A stretch of DNA of 64,000 nt from an uncultured Enhydrobacter sp. (GCA_946222995.1 CAMIOS010000009.1:9480-73479); one strand, 5' to 3'; positions 1 through 10,122 are shown, counted from the stretch's first letter. Made by a program: numbers and translations. Notes: a model not told the origin generated them from the letters alone.

Positions 1-1050
1 CTGTGTCTGAATCGGGGCGGTGACTTGTCCAACTTTTAGCGGTTTGATGGCTGCCATGACTTTGTCATAATCTTTAGGAAACATCGCTTGGCTAATTGGT
101 CCGATGTTGCCGCCATCATTTTTACTGCCTTCATCTTGGGAGTATTGTTTTGCCAAGGCTGCAAAATTATCAGGATTGGCATCCAATTTTTGTTTGAGCT
201 GAGCGAGGGTCGCTTGGGCGTTGGCACCATTAATCAAAATCATGGCGACTTCATATTCTGCTTGGTTATCAGCCTTACTTGATAAATTTTGATATTGTTG
301 GGCAATTTCTTGCGCGCTTGGCTCGCCAACGGGTAAGGCTTGTTTATCCAGTACAATATAGCTGACATCTACGCTTTCCGGGCTTTTTAGGTCAGCAGCA
401 TGTTGTTGATAATAAGCGGCGATTTCGCTATCACTGACTTGGACTTGGTTGGCAAATTCTGCCCAATTAAGACGCGCAACTTGCACAGGACGAGACTGCA
501 CCAATTTATTTAAAAAATTGTCAAAATTGGCTTTTGGATAAAACGCCGTACCCAAAATCCCCCGATTAAATTCATTAACCACATTGTCTTGACGTAAAAT
601 ATCAAACAACTGGTCTTTGGTCATGCCCCGTTCTTTTAGGAAATTGGCAAAAACCTCATTGGAGAATTTGCCACTGGCATCTTGAAAATGTGAGTCACTA
701 GCGATAATTTGGGTGATGGCAGCATCTGAGATGGTGTAGCCAAGTTGATCAGCTTGTCGTACGATGAGTGCACGGTCAATTAAGCTTTTTAGGACTTGGT
801 CGTGTAAGGCGGCATCGTTGATAAGGCTGGTATCGCCTTTGACTTGTTCAAGCAATGTTTGACGACGGTCATTAATGGTACCTTGCAATTCTGTGGTAGT
901 GATGGCAGTATCGCCTACTTTAGCAACAGCATTGGGATCATCGCTGTTACGTACAATGGATTCAAACCCAGTAATTGCCAACGGCAATATAAATAAAATT
1001 AATAACCCTTTACCCACCCAACCTTTTAAAAACTCTCGTAATGTTTCCAT
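1..1050 (-). CDS. ppiD: Periplasmic folding chaperone / peptidyl-prolyl isomerase PpiD, N-terminal ~350 aa. The 3' end lies beyond the window start.
   Basis: Reverse strand reads as one open frame from the ATG at 1048-1050 to position 1. It begins METLREFLKGWVGKGLLILFILPLAITGF, a TM anchor followed by a SurA-like chaperone region, as in PpiD. It is absent from the ORF track only because its stop lies outside the window. Confidence 0.7.
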   Translation of the reverse strand, partial: METLREFLKGWVGKGLLILFILPLAITGFESIVRNSDDPNAVAKVGDTAITTTELQGTINDRRQTLLEQVKGDTSLINDAALHDQVLKSLIDRALIVRQADQLGYTISDAAITQIIASDSHFQDASGKFSNEVFANFLKERGMTKDQLFDILRQDNVVNEFNRGILGTAFYPKANFDNFLNKLVQSRPVQVARLNWAEFANQVQVSDSEIAAYYQQHAADLKSPESVDVSYIVLDKQALPVGEPSAQEIAQQYQNLSSKADNQAEYEVAMILINGANAQATLAQLKQKLDANPDNFAALAKQYSQDEGSKNDGGNIGPISQAMFPKDYDKVMAAIKPLKVGQVTAPIQTQ

Positions 1051-1261
1051 CGTTACTCACTTGACTGACCACCGAGCATGCGGTGGACTATTACTTGATA
1101 ATCGCAATTGATTGACAAAAAATAAAACGCTTTATTATAGGTGAACTTCACGATAAAAGCTATGCAGCCATACTATTTGCCCAAAAAAACATCATAACGA
1201 AATGGCCGTGTCGATGCAATTTGGGCATAGTATAAAGCGTAAATAAAATGGCAAAACTCTG

Positions 1262-2812
1262 TTAAAGTTGACTACCAAGTTGTTCAATCATGGCATCAAG
1301 TACCCAAAGACGAGCGGTATATTTGTCATCGGTGGCAATAATGTGCCAAGGGCAGGCTTGGGTATTGGTACGGGCGAGCATATCACTAGCTGCTTGGATA
1401 TACGCATCCCATTTGTTGCGATTGCGCCAGTCTTCTTCGGTGATTTTATATTGCTTATTGGGGGTGTCTTCACGGGCTTTAAAGCGGCTTAATTCTTCAT
1501 TGGCACTAATGGCAAGCCAAAATTTGATGACAATACCACCACTTTGGGTCAAGTCTTGTTCAAACCGATTGATTTCATCATACGCTCGTTGCCACTCGCG
1601 ATCGGTGGCAAAGCCTTCAACACGCTCAACCAACACTCGCCCATACCAACTGCGGTCAAAAATTGCCAAACGGCTGTCTTGTAAGTGGTTGGTTAAGTGC
1701 CGATAGGCTTTTTTATGGTATTGTGATAGATGGCTTAAATCCACGTCGGCAAGTTCATCATGGGGCAGGCGTGTCCAAAATCGCCATAGATAAGGGTGCC
1801 GTAATTCATCTTGGGTCGGGGCAGCAATCGGATGTATTACATATTCTCGTGGGTCGAGCTCAGCGATAATGCGTTTGATAGCCCCACCTTTTCCCGCTGC
1901 ATCCATGCCTTCAAAGACAAGCACAAGGTGGCGTTGCCCCCGTTTTTTTAGTAACTTGAGTAGTTGATGCTGTTTGTCGTTTAATTGCTGTTTATAGTCG
2001 CGTTTACTGATTTTTTGTGTGTCTGGGGTGAGTAATGGCGTAGGGATAGCAGCCAACATAAATTCATCATGGGCAGTTGCAGAGTGGTCGGTATTCACGC
2101 CGTTTGCTTGTAGCTGCTCGATGGTTTTATTTAGCTCAATCAATTTGTGTAAAATATAGTCACCAAATTGATAGGCATTGCTGTCCCTATCTTTACTATA
2201 AAAGCGTTGCCAGCTATTTTGTTTATCCAGTAATTGCTGGCTAAATTTAACAAAGCGTTTGATCTGATTGGATTTTTGCCAATTTAAGTGATAAAGCTGT
2301 TCTAAATTTGTTTTGTCATTTCTTAGTCGTTGTTTTAATAGGTTTTTATCCACTTCAAACCAGCATTTGATGATTTGGGTGCCATTGTTGGTCAAATCTT
2401 GCTCAAAAGCTTCGATATCCGCCATCATTTGTGAAAGTTTATCATGATTAAGCTTGTCGCCACTATCAAACACATAGCGAATTAAATCGGCATACCAATT
2501 GCCAAAATAAATGGCGATTTCGCCATGTCTAGGCAATTGGTAGGTATGGCGTTGCCAAATCGGTTGATAGTGGCTTGGGTGCTGTCCCATGGTGGCATGA
2601 ACTTTGATATGCCGAGCATCCATCCATTGGGTTAAGGCTTTCACTGCCTCACCTTTGCCTGAATCTTCCATGCCATTAATTAGGATCAACACGCCTTGGG
2701 CATGAGGTTTATCTCGTTGTTCGAGAAGTTTGACTTGGGCTTGCTGTAGCTCATAGCTGAGTTGATCTTCATCCTTGATGAGATAGGTAGACAATTTTTT
2801 GGAATGACTCAT
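1262..2812 (-). CDS. ppk2: Two-domain polyphosphate kinase 2 family protein (polyphosphate:AMP phosphotransferase-like)
   Basis: 516 aa with two tandem PPK2 domains. Each has a Walker-A-like P-loop (GMEDSGKGE and GMDAAGKGG), as in PA3455 and Acinetobacter PAP. Confidence 0.85.
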   Translation of the reverse strand: MSHSKKLSTYLIKDEDQLSYELQQAQVKLLEQRDKPHAQGVLILINGMEDSGKGEAVKALTQWMDARHIKVHATMGQHPSHYQPIWQRHTYQLPRHGEIAIYFGNWYADLIRYVFDSGDKLNHDKLSQMMADIEAFEQDLTNNGTQIIKCWFEVDKNLLKQRLRNDKTNLEQLYHLNWQKSNQIKRFVKFSQQLLDKQNSWQRFYSKDRDSNAYQFGDYILHKLIELNKTIEQLQANGVNTDHSATAHDEFMLAAIPTPLLTPDTQKISKRDYKQQLNDKQHQLLKLLKKRGQRHLVLVFEGMDAAGKGGAIKRIIAELDPREYVIHPIAAPTQDELRHPYLWRFWTRLPHDELADVDLSHLSQYHKKAYRHLTNHLQDSRLAIFDRSWYGRVLVERVEGFATDREWQRAYDEINRFEQDLTQSGGIVIKFWLAISANEELSRFKAREDTPNKQYKITEEDWRNRNKWDAYIQAASDMLARTNTQACPWHIIATDDKYTARLWVLDAMIEQLGSQL

Positions 2813-2979
2813 AATTGATCCTTAAAAATTTAGTTATTCTTAAAAATAATGGTTAAATACTGCCGTTAACCTTACTTGATTTAACGTTAACAAACAATTT
2901 ACGATTTGTATTTTAGAAGGTTTTGCATTAAGGTAATGCCAAAATTACACTACAGATCTTAGATAATCATTGGATAATT

Positions 2980-3678
2980 ATGCGTGCATTTGCTGACTTA
3001 CACCAGACATTAGAAGCATTTTGGCAACTCCCTTTTCATAATAACCCCGCGTTAGCCGATAAACTAAATCAAGTACAAGTGTGGCAACGACAGCGCATTC
3101 ACCAAACCCACCAAGCGTTATTTGGTATTGACAAACACCAAGCGATGGGCGAGTTTTTGATTGACAAGCTATACGGGGGTGAAAAGTTTAATCTGCTTGC
3201 CAAACAGCTTGGGCGAATTGTGGGGAAAGCGGAAAAAATCGAAAAATTTATCCCCAAGACTGCCATCGAAACAGGCGTGGGTGGTATTAGCGAGGCGATA
3301 AATGCCATCAAACTGGATTTACAACTGGCACAATATTTGTTTGACCATCAGCTTGACGTGAATGACGCTAACATGATCGCCGCTTATCAAGCTGTGAATG
3401 CCAAAGCCGAACGTGTCCAGCAAATCAACGATCTAAAAGCGATGTGTTATCAAACCGACAAATACATCAAATCCTTTGTATTACAAAAAGCCTTTGCCCT
3501 TGCTAAAGGCACAGCGTATAAATATAAATACGAGCCGCTATACGACTTTATTGCCGAAGGTTTTACCGCCATGAAACCGATAAAAAGTATTGGCAAGTTT
3601 ATTGAGCCGTTTTGTGCCAAAGAACTGCAGATTATTGACAACGTTCATACAGGCAAAGACCAGCCGTTTGACGTATAA
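2980..3678 (+). CDS. Hypothetical protein of 232 aa with no recognisable domain
   Basis: Clean ORF with coding-like composition, sitting directly upstream of ubiE. No motif recognised. Confidence 0.5.
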   Translation: MRAFADLHQTLEAFWQLPFHNNPALADKLNQVQVWQRQRIHQTHQALFGIDKHQAMGEFLIDKLYGGEKFNLLAKQLGRIVGKAEKIEKFIPKTAIETGVGGISEAINAIKLDLQLAQYLFDHQLDVNDANMIAAYQAVNAKAERVQQINDLKAMCYQTDKYIKSFVLQKAFALAKGTAYKYKYEPLYDFIAEGFTAMKPIKSIGKFIEPFCAKELQIIDNVHTGKDQPFDV

Positions 3679-3733
3679 TGCCTTTATCCGATAACACCCT
3701 ATCAAAACTATATGAAATCATTTTTAGGAAACC

Positions 3734-4744
3734 ATGATGAATAACCACCAAACCAACGATAAGTCAGCCAATCAATCAAGCCTGCAAGACAAATTGATCC
3801 AAGATAGCTTTGATAATAACCAGGCACTTACTGACCAAGTCCAGCAAAGCTTTATGAGTCAGCAAACCTTGCCCGAATCTATCCCACAAGGGCAACAGCT
3901 TACCCAACCTGCTAGCAAAACCAAAAAAACGACAAGCACCCATCGCCCAAGCGGGTTTGATAAATCCGCGATTTATAACCCACACACGCCCGAAACCGAT
4001 GGCAACGAAGAAACCCACTTTGGCTATAAAACCGTCAAAAAGGCCGAAAAACAAGAAAAAGTCGCTGAAGTCTTTACCTCGGTTGCCAAAAAATATGACA
4101 TCATGAACGATTTGATGAGCTTTGGTATTCATCGTCTTTGGAAACGCTATGCCATCAGCCTGACTGGGGTGCGGGCAGGACAACAAGTGCTGGATATCGC
4201 GGGTGGTACAGGCGACTTGGCAAAGGCATTTAGTAAAGAAGTCGGGCGTACGGGGCATGTCGTACTGTCCGATATCAATGAAGCCATGCTCGAAGTGGGG
4301 CGTGAGCGTCTGCTCAATGCAGGCTGTAGCAATGTCGATTTTGTGCTGGCCAATGCAGAAAACCTTGACCCATTTGAGGATGAAAGTTTTGATTTGGTGA
4401 CGATTAGCTTTGGTCTTCGCAATGTCACGGATAAAGATGCGGCGTTACGCTCGATGTATCGGGTGCTGAAAAAAGGCGGTCGCTTGCTAGTACTTGAGTT
4501 TTCTAAGCCGGTGTTTGAGCCATTATCCAAGGCATATGATTTATATTCGTTTACCGCTTTGCCGCTTATGGGTAAACTTGTCGCCAATGACAGCGAAAGT
4601 TATCAATACCTTGCGGAAAGTATTCGTATGCACCCTGACCAACGTACGCTTAAAGGTATGATGGAAAATGCAGGCTTTGTGAACTGCGATTACCATAATA
4701 TGACAGGCGGGATTGTCGCTATCCATCGTGGTTTTAAAAAATAA
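3734..4744 (+). CDS. ubiE: Ubiquinone/menaquinone biosynthesis C-methyltransferase UbiE carrying an ~85-aa Gln/Ser/Thr-rich N-terminal extension
   Basis: SAM-binding motif [12 protein letters not shown]. Conserved UbiE block ETHFGYKTV...[27 protein letters not shown]. Followed by ubiJ and ubiB. Confidence 0.9.
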   Translation: MMNNHQTNDKSANQSSLQDKLIQDSFDNNQALTDQVQQSFMSQQTLPESIPQGQQLTQPASKTKKTTSTHRPSGFDKSAIYNPHTPETDGNEETHFGYKTVKKAEKQEKVAEVFTSVAKKYDIMNDLMSFGIHRLWKRYAISLTGVRAGQQVLDIAGGTGDLAKAFSKEVGRTGHVVLSDINEAMLEVGRERLLNAGCSNVDFVLANAENLDPFEDESFDLVTISFGLRNVTDKDAALRSMYRVLKKGGRLLVLEFSKPVFEPLSKAYDLYSFTALPLMGKLVANDSESYQYLAESIRMHPDQRTLKGMMENAGFVNCDYHNMTGGIVAIHRGFKK

Positions 4745-5233
4745 TTGATGAATGATTTTGGCAAACGGGAAATTTATATAGACCTAATTAAAGAAAAACA
4801 ATCGACAATAACCATTTCTATTTATCTCGCTAGTTTATTGTTGATTGTTTTTATAGGGTTTTTTATGGTTGATGAAGCCCGATTTCTTTTAGGAATGATT
4901 TTTTGTGCTGGATTGACAGGATTGATGGGGATTTGGATTAGCTTTTTTAATAGTCAAAAAAACTATCAATCAATACCTTATTTAACACTTGATGAAAACG
5001 GCTTCACCCTTAATCAAAATGGTTTAATTAATTTTATATATTGGCAAGATATTGTTATGATAGATATAAAAATCAAAAATACAACAAATGGACATGAAAC
5101 TTACTACGCTATCGAAACTGCTAATCAAGAATATATTTTAAGTCAAGGTAAATTAAGTGCTAACTTTGAGGAAACGTGGATTTTGTTAAAACGCTATACC
5201 GAACATTACGGCACGGCGAAATTTATTTATTAG
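4745..5233 (+). CDS. Small membrane protein (2 predicted TM helices plus a C-terminal soluble domain), orphan/accessory
   Basis: 162-aa ORF abutting the ubiE stop (TTG/ATG start). Markedly AT-rich compared with its neighbours. Hydrophobic segments LASLLLIVFIGFFMV and FCAGLTGLMGIWISFF. Confidence 0.5.
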   Translation: MMNDFGKREIYIDLIKEKQSTITISIYLASLLLIVFIGFFMVDEARFLLGMIFCAGLTGLMGIWISFFNSQKNYQSIPYLTLDENGFTLNQNGLINFIYWQDIVMIDIKIKNTTNGHETYYAIETANQEYILSQGKLSANFEETWILLKRYTEHYGTAKFIY

Positions 5234-5242
5234 GGGTAAAAA

Positions 5243-5884
5243 ATGTTATCTGTTTTAATTTTGGCAGGTATTGAAAAAATCGTTAATCTTGCCTTAGCGA
5301 CTGACCCTATCACCCAAATGGGCTTACAGTCGCTCTCTGGCAAATCCATGCGACTTATGATGAACGAGCCACCGCTTGAATTTGATACCATTTTTAATGA
5401 CAAGCACATCCGTTTTGAACCTGTCACGACAAGCGTTTTTGAGCCAACAGGCACGGACAATTTTGCCAAGCCCGATTGTATCGTCACAGTTGATAATCCC
5501 GTTCATCTATTGCATTTGATGGGTGAACCAAGTGGTAATCTACCGATTGAAGGCGACTATAAAATTTTGATGCAAGTCAAGCAGCTTATCGCAGGGTTCG
5601 ATGCCGATATTATTGGTAAATTACAGCCTTTGATTGGTGTGCCGCTTGCCAGTCAATTACATACATGGGTAGAGGGCGTTAAACAATTGGTCGCTACCCC
5701 TGCCAAACAAGCCTTCGCTGATATTAGCGAGATGGCAAATTGGCAAGTCAAAAATCACGCTGATGACATGGCAGAATATGATGACTTAAAACAAACATTG
5801 CTACGCTTGCGAGCCGATATTGAGCGAGAACAAGCACGCCTTGAGGTGATTAAAAAGGAACAAGCAAATTTAAAAGCCCATTAA
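5243..5884 (+). CDS. ubiJ: Ubiquinone biosynthesis accessory factor UbiJ (SCP2-like)
   Basis: N-terminus MLSVLILAGIEKIVNLAL resembles YigP/UbiJ. C-terminal coiled coil. Located between ubiE and ubiB. Confidence 0.8.
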   Translation: MLSVLILAGIEKIVNLALATDPITQMGLQSLSGKSMRLMMNEPPLEFDTIFNDKHIRFEPVTTSVFEPTGTDNFAKPDCIVTVDNPVHLLHLMGEPSGNLPIEGDYKILMQVKQLIAGFDADIIGKLQPLIGVPLASQLHTWVEGVKQLVATPAKQAFADISEMANWQVKNHADDMAEYDDLKQTLLRLRADIEREQARLEVIKKEQANLKAH

Positions 5885-5944
5885 AAAACTAAGCGAAAAT
5901 CTATCGTCATGCTAAAATAGCTTTATTTTTGACGAGTTTATCCT

Positions 5945-7603
5945 GTGCTACTCTCCCACCGAAAACGCCTACTTGAGCTTTGGGGCATTGCTGCCCATTA
6001 CCGCCTTGACACCCATTTACCCATTGCTGAAACCTCGCAACTTGAGCCAATTGCCAAGTTGATTGCCATGCATCCAAAAGCATGGTTTGCCAAACCCAAC
6101 CCCAATGGCGTTAAGCTCGCCCTTGAGGAAATGGGGACGCTATTTCTCAAACTAGGACAACTGTTATCCACTCGCCGAGATCTGGTCACGCCTGAGATTA
6201 TTGCCCAACTTGTGCATTTACAAGACCGTGTCAAACCCTTTGATGTCAGTATTGCCAAAGCCCAAATCGAAGATAATAAACACGGTTTGGGACAACCGCT
6301 TGCCACCTTGTTTGCTCGCTTTGATGACGTGCCTCTGGCTGCCGCCTCGATTGCCCAAGTGCATACTGCCCGAACCCATGATGGCCGAGAAGTGGTGGTC
6401 AAAGTGGTACGCCCGACCATTCGTGAGCAAATTATCGCCGATTTTGAGCTACTGCGGGATTTGGCAACTTGGGCATCGGCTCGCATTGAGGCGGCTCGTG
6501 CCGTACATATCATTGATGTGGTGGAAGACTATCGCCAAGTCATGCTCAATGAACTTGATTTAACCCTTGAGGCGGCGAATACCACGCAAATGCGCAATAA
6601 TTTTCTTGGCTCAAGCCTGATGTACGTGCCAGAAGTGTATGACGCCAGCAAAAATGTGATGGTCATGGAACGGATTATTGGCGTGCCGATTTCGCAAACA
6701 CACGTGTTTGACGAACTTGGCTATGACAGGGCAGCTTTGGCAGAAAAAGGCTTAACCATCTTTTTTACCCAAGTGTTTCGGGATAACTTTTTTCATGCCG
6801 ATATGCACCCTGGCAACGTATTTGTTGAGACTTTACCCAAAGGCTTAGAAAATCCCAATCCCCGTTATATCGCCCTTGACTGTTCAATCGTGGGTGAATT
6901 GTCAAAATCTGACCAATTACTGATCGCTCGCCTGCTGTTATCGGTGATGAACAATAACTTTACTGGCTTGGTGGATATCATCGCTCGGGCAGGCTGGATA
7001 CCGCCGACCACCGATCGCTATGCCTTGATGCGGGATATGAAGCGCACCGTGTCGCCGATGATTAGTAAGCCGATTAATGAGATTGATTTTGCGGGCGTAT
7101 TGATGTCGATTTTGGATATCGCTCGGCGTTATCATTTAGATATCCCACCGCAGTTGATGTTATTGCTTAAAACCTTGGTGCATGTCGAGGGCTTGGGGCG
7201 GGATTTATACCCCGATTTGGATATTTGGTCGCTTGCCAAGCCGATTTTGACAGGCTGGGTCAAAGAGCAATTTGACCCAATGCAAAAGCTTGCCGAGGTG
7301 CGTAAACAGTTGCCTGAAATGCTGTTAGGGCTTAATGATTTACCCCAGTTACTTGACAATAGTATGCAAAGCCTAGCAAATTTGGGCGGACATCAAGACC
7401 GCCAACTGCGAGAAATTCAGCAAATCCGAGCCGATATGCTTAAAAGCCGTCAGCAAGATTGGGTGGCGATATTGGGTTTTGTGGGTTCGCTGTTTATCGC
7501 TCAAATGCTGGCAAGCCATGCCATGTGGCAGATAAGTAGTTGGCTTGCTCCGCTATTTTATGTCATGGCGGTGTTGTTTGTGGTGTGGCGGTTGTTGGGA
7601 TAA
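5945..7603 (+). CDS. ubiB: Ubiquinone biosynthesis regulatory protein kinase UbiB (ABC1 family)
   Basis: GTG start. ABC1 kinase motifs (ASIAQVH, HADMHPGN) and two C-terminal TM helices. Aligns along the whole length with E. coli UbiB. Confidence 0.9.
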   Translation: MLLSHRKRLLELWGIAAHYRLDTHLPIAETSQLEPIAKLIAMHPKAWFAKPNPNGVKLALEEMGTLFLKLGQLLSTRRDLVTPEIIAQLVHLQDRVKPFDVSIAKAQIEDNKHGLGQPLATLFARFDDVPLAAASIAQVHTARTHDGREVVVKVVRPTIREQIIADFELLRDLATWASARIEAARAVHIIDVVEDYRQVMLNELDLTLEAANTTQMRNNFLGSSLMYVPEVYDASKNVMVMERIIGVPISQTHVFDELGYDRAALAEKGLTIFFTQVFRDNFFHADMHPGNVFVETLPKGLENPNPRYIALDCSIVGELSKSDQLLIARLLLSVMNNNFTGLVDIIARAGWIPPTTDRYALMRDMKRTVSPMISKPINEIDFAGVLMSILDIARRYHLDIPPQLMLLLKTLVHVEGLGRDLYPDLDIWSLAKPILTGWVKEQFDPMQKLAEVRKQLPEMLLGLNDLPQLLDNSMQSLANLGGHQDRQLREIQQIRADMLKSRQQDWVAILGFVGSLFIAQMLASHAMWQISSWLAPLFYVMAVLFVVWRLLG

Positions 7604-8567
7604 ACTCTTTAAAATGCTCAACCAATAACTTAACAATTTCTGGCTGAAATTTTTTCGCCAAATCATGCCCCATGCCTTTTATCAAATGAAAAGTCGCATT
7701 GGGAATTGCTTTTGCCACCGCACGTCCGTGAGCCGGTGGAATTAACCCATCTTTTTCGCCATGAATGACGATAGTTGGCTGCATGATTTTTTTATCGTAT
7801 TTGACAATCGAGCCTGTCGCCAAAATCGCCTGCAACTGCTGTAGCGAGCCTCGAGGGTGATAACAACGCTCAAACCGTAACCGAGCCAACCGTTTGACTT
7901 CTTCAATATCAATATGATTGGGCGAGCCGATTTGCTCAATGACCCACGCCCCAAATGCCACCACATCTTCGACTTGGGTGGTTTTGGGGTGGCTTAACAA
8001 GGTGCGCAGTTGCTTAGGTTTGGTCAGCGGCAAAAACGGCTGATTGTTACTGGTAAATAGCAGCCCCAATTTTTTGACCTTTTTGGGATATTTGGCTGCT
8101 AAAATCTGGGCAATCATCCCGCCCATCGATGCCCCGACCGCATATACCGCTTGTAAGTTGAGTTTATCAATCAGCCGTTTGGTATCTTCCACCATATCAA
8201 ATAAATTATATGCCACCGGGTAGTGCCGATTGGTCAGTCCTACCTGCATACGCGCCATCATTTTGACATTGTTCAGCGGAAAACGCGGAAACGGGCGGGC
8301 GATTTTGCTAGACAAGCCAATATCTCGATTGTCAAAGCGAATTACAAAAAAACCTGCATTAATTAAGGCTTTGAGCAAATCATCGGGCCAAAAAATCAGT
8401 TGGGAGCCTAACCCCATGATTAATAACAACGGCGGATTTGACGGGTCGCCACCGACTTCCACACACAGCGTGATGTCATCATCAATGGCGATATTAGCGG
8501 TCTGCATAAAGTCGTTGATGGGCGAGGGGTGAAAGTCAAAAGCCGTTAAATCCATAGGGGTGTTCAC
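7563..8567 (-). CDS. Alpha/beta-hydrolase fold esterase (EstB-like)
   Basis: Nucleophile elbow GASMGG and an HGxxD-type C-terminal motif. Lies downstream of rubA-rubB, as estB does in Acinetobacter. Its 3' end overlaps the ubiB 3' end by 41 nt (convergent). Confidence 0.75.
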   Translation of the reverse strand: MNTPMDLTAFDFHPSPINDFMQTANIAIDDDITLCVEVGGDPSNPPLLLIMGLGSQLIFWPDDLLKALINAGFFVIRFDNRDIGLSSKIARPFPRFPLNNVKMMARMQVGLTNRHYPVAYNLFDMVEDTKRLIDKLNLQAVYAVGASMGGMIAQILAAKYPKKVKKLGLLFTSNNQPFLPLTKPKQLRTLLSHPKTTQVEDVVAFGAWVIEQIGSPNHIDIEEVKRLARLRFERCYHPRGSLQQLQAILATGSIVKYDKKIMQPTIVIHGEKDGLIPPAHGRAVAKAIPNATFHLIKGMGHDLAKKFQPEIVKLLVEHFKEFIPTTATPQTTPP

Positions 8568-8605
8568 TTTTTTACTAAATTTTTACCAAGAAAATATTGA
8601 AAAGA

Positions 8606-9910
8606 CTACAGCCAATTATCCACTTGTTTGGATAAAGTTAACCGCTGTTTACCCGCTTCTTTACCCACAAGCACAAAGCCTAATAGCTTGTCGGGATCGT
8701 CTTTTGCGGTGGCTGATAAAATCATCCCATCCTCGGTGGGCGTGGTTTGCCAGTTGATTTGCTCGGCGGGGTAGCGAGCGGATACGGGTAGTACCACCAA
8801 CGGCAAACTTGGGGTTTTAATCGCCACCGGCATGGCAGGATAGCTAACAGCGGTCGGGGGTTGTGACGGGTCAGCCAGCGTTTTTGCCAACGCCTTGGCT
8901 TGGTTCATCAAGGGCATGACATACGGCAAAAAACTGCCAGCCACATTGGCACAATCGCCGATGGCATAGATATCAGGCTGTGATGTCTGTAAAAATTCAT
9001 TGACTAAGACGCCTTGTTTGGCGGTGCGGGGCAATTGGGTTTTACTGACAAAATCGTTTGATAAATGGGCAACGTTTAAGCCGGCACTTTCGGCAAGCGT
9101 GGTATTTGCCACCAGCCCAATGGCAGTTAATACCACATCAACCTGATGGGTTATCACGCCGCCTTCGGCAGTTGTTAGGCGAATTTCAACAGCGGCGTTA
9201 TGGGCGGTGATGCTATTTATCATCACACCAAGTTCAAATGTTACCCCGCCTTGTTCAAGGGCATGTTGTAACGCAAGCCCCGCTTGGGGCGGCAATTGAT
9301 TGGCAAGCGGCAAGGTCGCATTGTCAAAAACATGGATCGTCAAGTTATCGTTGGTATTTTTGGTTAATAGGTCATTGGCAAATTCACAGCCAATTAGACC
9401 TGCGCCGATAATACCGATCTTGACCGATGCTTGTTTCGCCAATAAATCGTGGATGGTGTGCTGAAATTTTTTATACTCATCCAAATGATTGACCGCAAAA
9501 ATCTGCTTATTATCCACGGTTATATCGGGTAGCAAGCGAGGATTTGCCCCTGTCGCTAGTACAAGCTGACGGTAGGGCAAAATTTGCTGTTTATCTGATG
9601 CCAAAACGGGATGGACAGTCACAGTTTTTTGCTGTGGATCAATGTGGCTGACATGATAAAAGTTCATCACGGTAATATTAAGGCTTTCAGCCATTTGCTC
9701 GCTGGTGGCGTTGGCGATGTGCTCAGCGGTTTTGTTTTGGGCAAAGGCATTTGATAACGTCGGCTTGGCGTAGCTTTCGCCGTTATCTCGGCAAATTAGC
9801 GTAATCGGTAGCTCGGCATTGAGTTTACGTAGCTCTCGGGCAAGGGTATAACCTGCCATACCAGAGCCGATGATAGCTACAGGCGACTGCACAGGCGGTT
9901 GATTAGCCAT
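8606..9910 (-). CDS. rubB: Rubredoxin-NAD(+) reductase (FAD-dependent pyridine nucleotide-disulfide oxidoreductase)
   Basis: N-terminal FAD fold VAIIGSGMAGYTLARELRK and a second Rossmann fold GIIGAGLIGCEFANDL. Its ATG overlaps the rubredoxin stop (TAATG). Confidence 0.8.
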   Translation of the reverse strand: MANQPPVQSPVAIIGSGMAGYTLARELRKLNAELPITLICRDNGESYAKPTLSNAFAQNKTAEHIANATSEQMAESLNITVMNFYHVSHIDPQQKTVTVHPVLASDKQQILPYRQLVLATGANPRLLPDITVDNKQIFAVNHLDEYKKFQHTIHDLLAKQASVKIGIIGAGLIGCEFANDLLTKNTNDNLTIHVFDNATLPLANQLPPQAGLALQHALEQGGVTFELGVMINSITAHNAAVEIRLTTAEGGVITHQVDVVLTAIGLVANTTLAESAGLNVAHLSNDFVSKTQLPRTAKQGVLVNEFLQTSQPDIYAIGDCANVAGSFLPYVMPLMNQAKALAKTLADPSQPPTAVSYPAMPVAIKTPSLPLVVLPVSARYPAEQINWQTTPTEDGMILSATAKDDPDKLLGFVLVGKEAGKQRLTLSKQVDNWL

Positions 9911-10074
9911 TACATTTCAACCATTTCAAAATCGGCTTTGCCTACGCCACATTCGGGACAAGCCCAGTCATCGGGGATATCTTCCCACTTGGTACCTGCG
10001 GCAATGCCTTCTTCGGGGCAACCCAAGGCTTCATCATAAATCCAGCCACATACAATACATTGATACTTTTTCAT
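9910..10074 (-). CDS. rubA: Rubredoxin
   Basis: 54-aa ORF below the ORF-track cutoff: [54 protein letters not shown]. It has both CxxCG knuckles. Confidence 0.9.
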   Translation of the reverse strand: MKKYQCIVCGWIYDEALGCPEEGIAAGTKWEDIPDDWACPECGVGKADFEMVEM

Positions 10075-10122
10075 GCGTCTATCCTATTTATCTATTTTAA
10101 CTATCCAATTTAACTATTAAAA

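Noticed and set aside
1288-1869. ORF-track ORFs inside or antisense to ppk2. The same applies to 5998-6513, 6201-6563, 33494-33937, 37336-37758, 47702-48529, 52068-52871, 56456-57872 and 59117-59559.
   Set aside because: They lie entirely within, in frame-shifted or antisense register to, long well-supported genes. They have skewed composition and are typical spurious ORFs.
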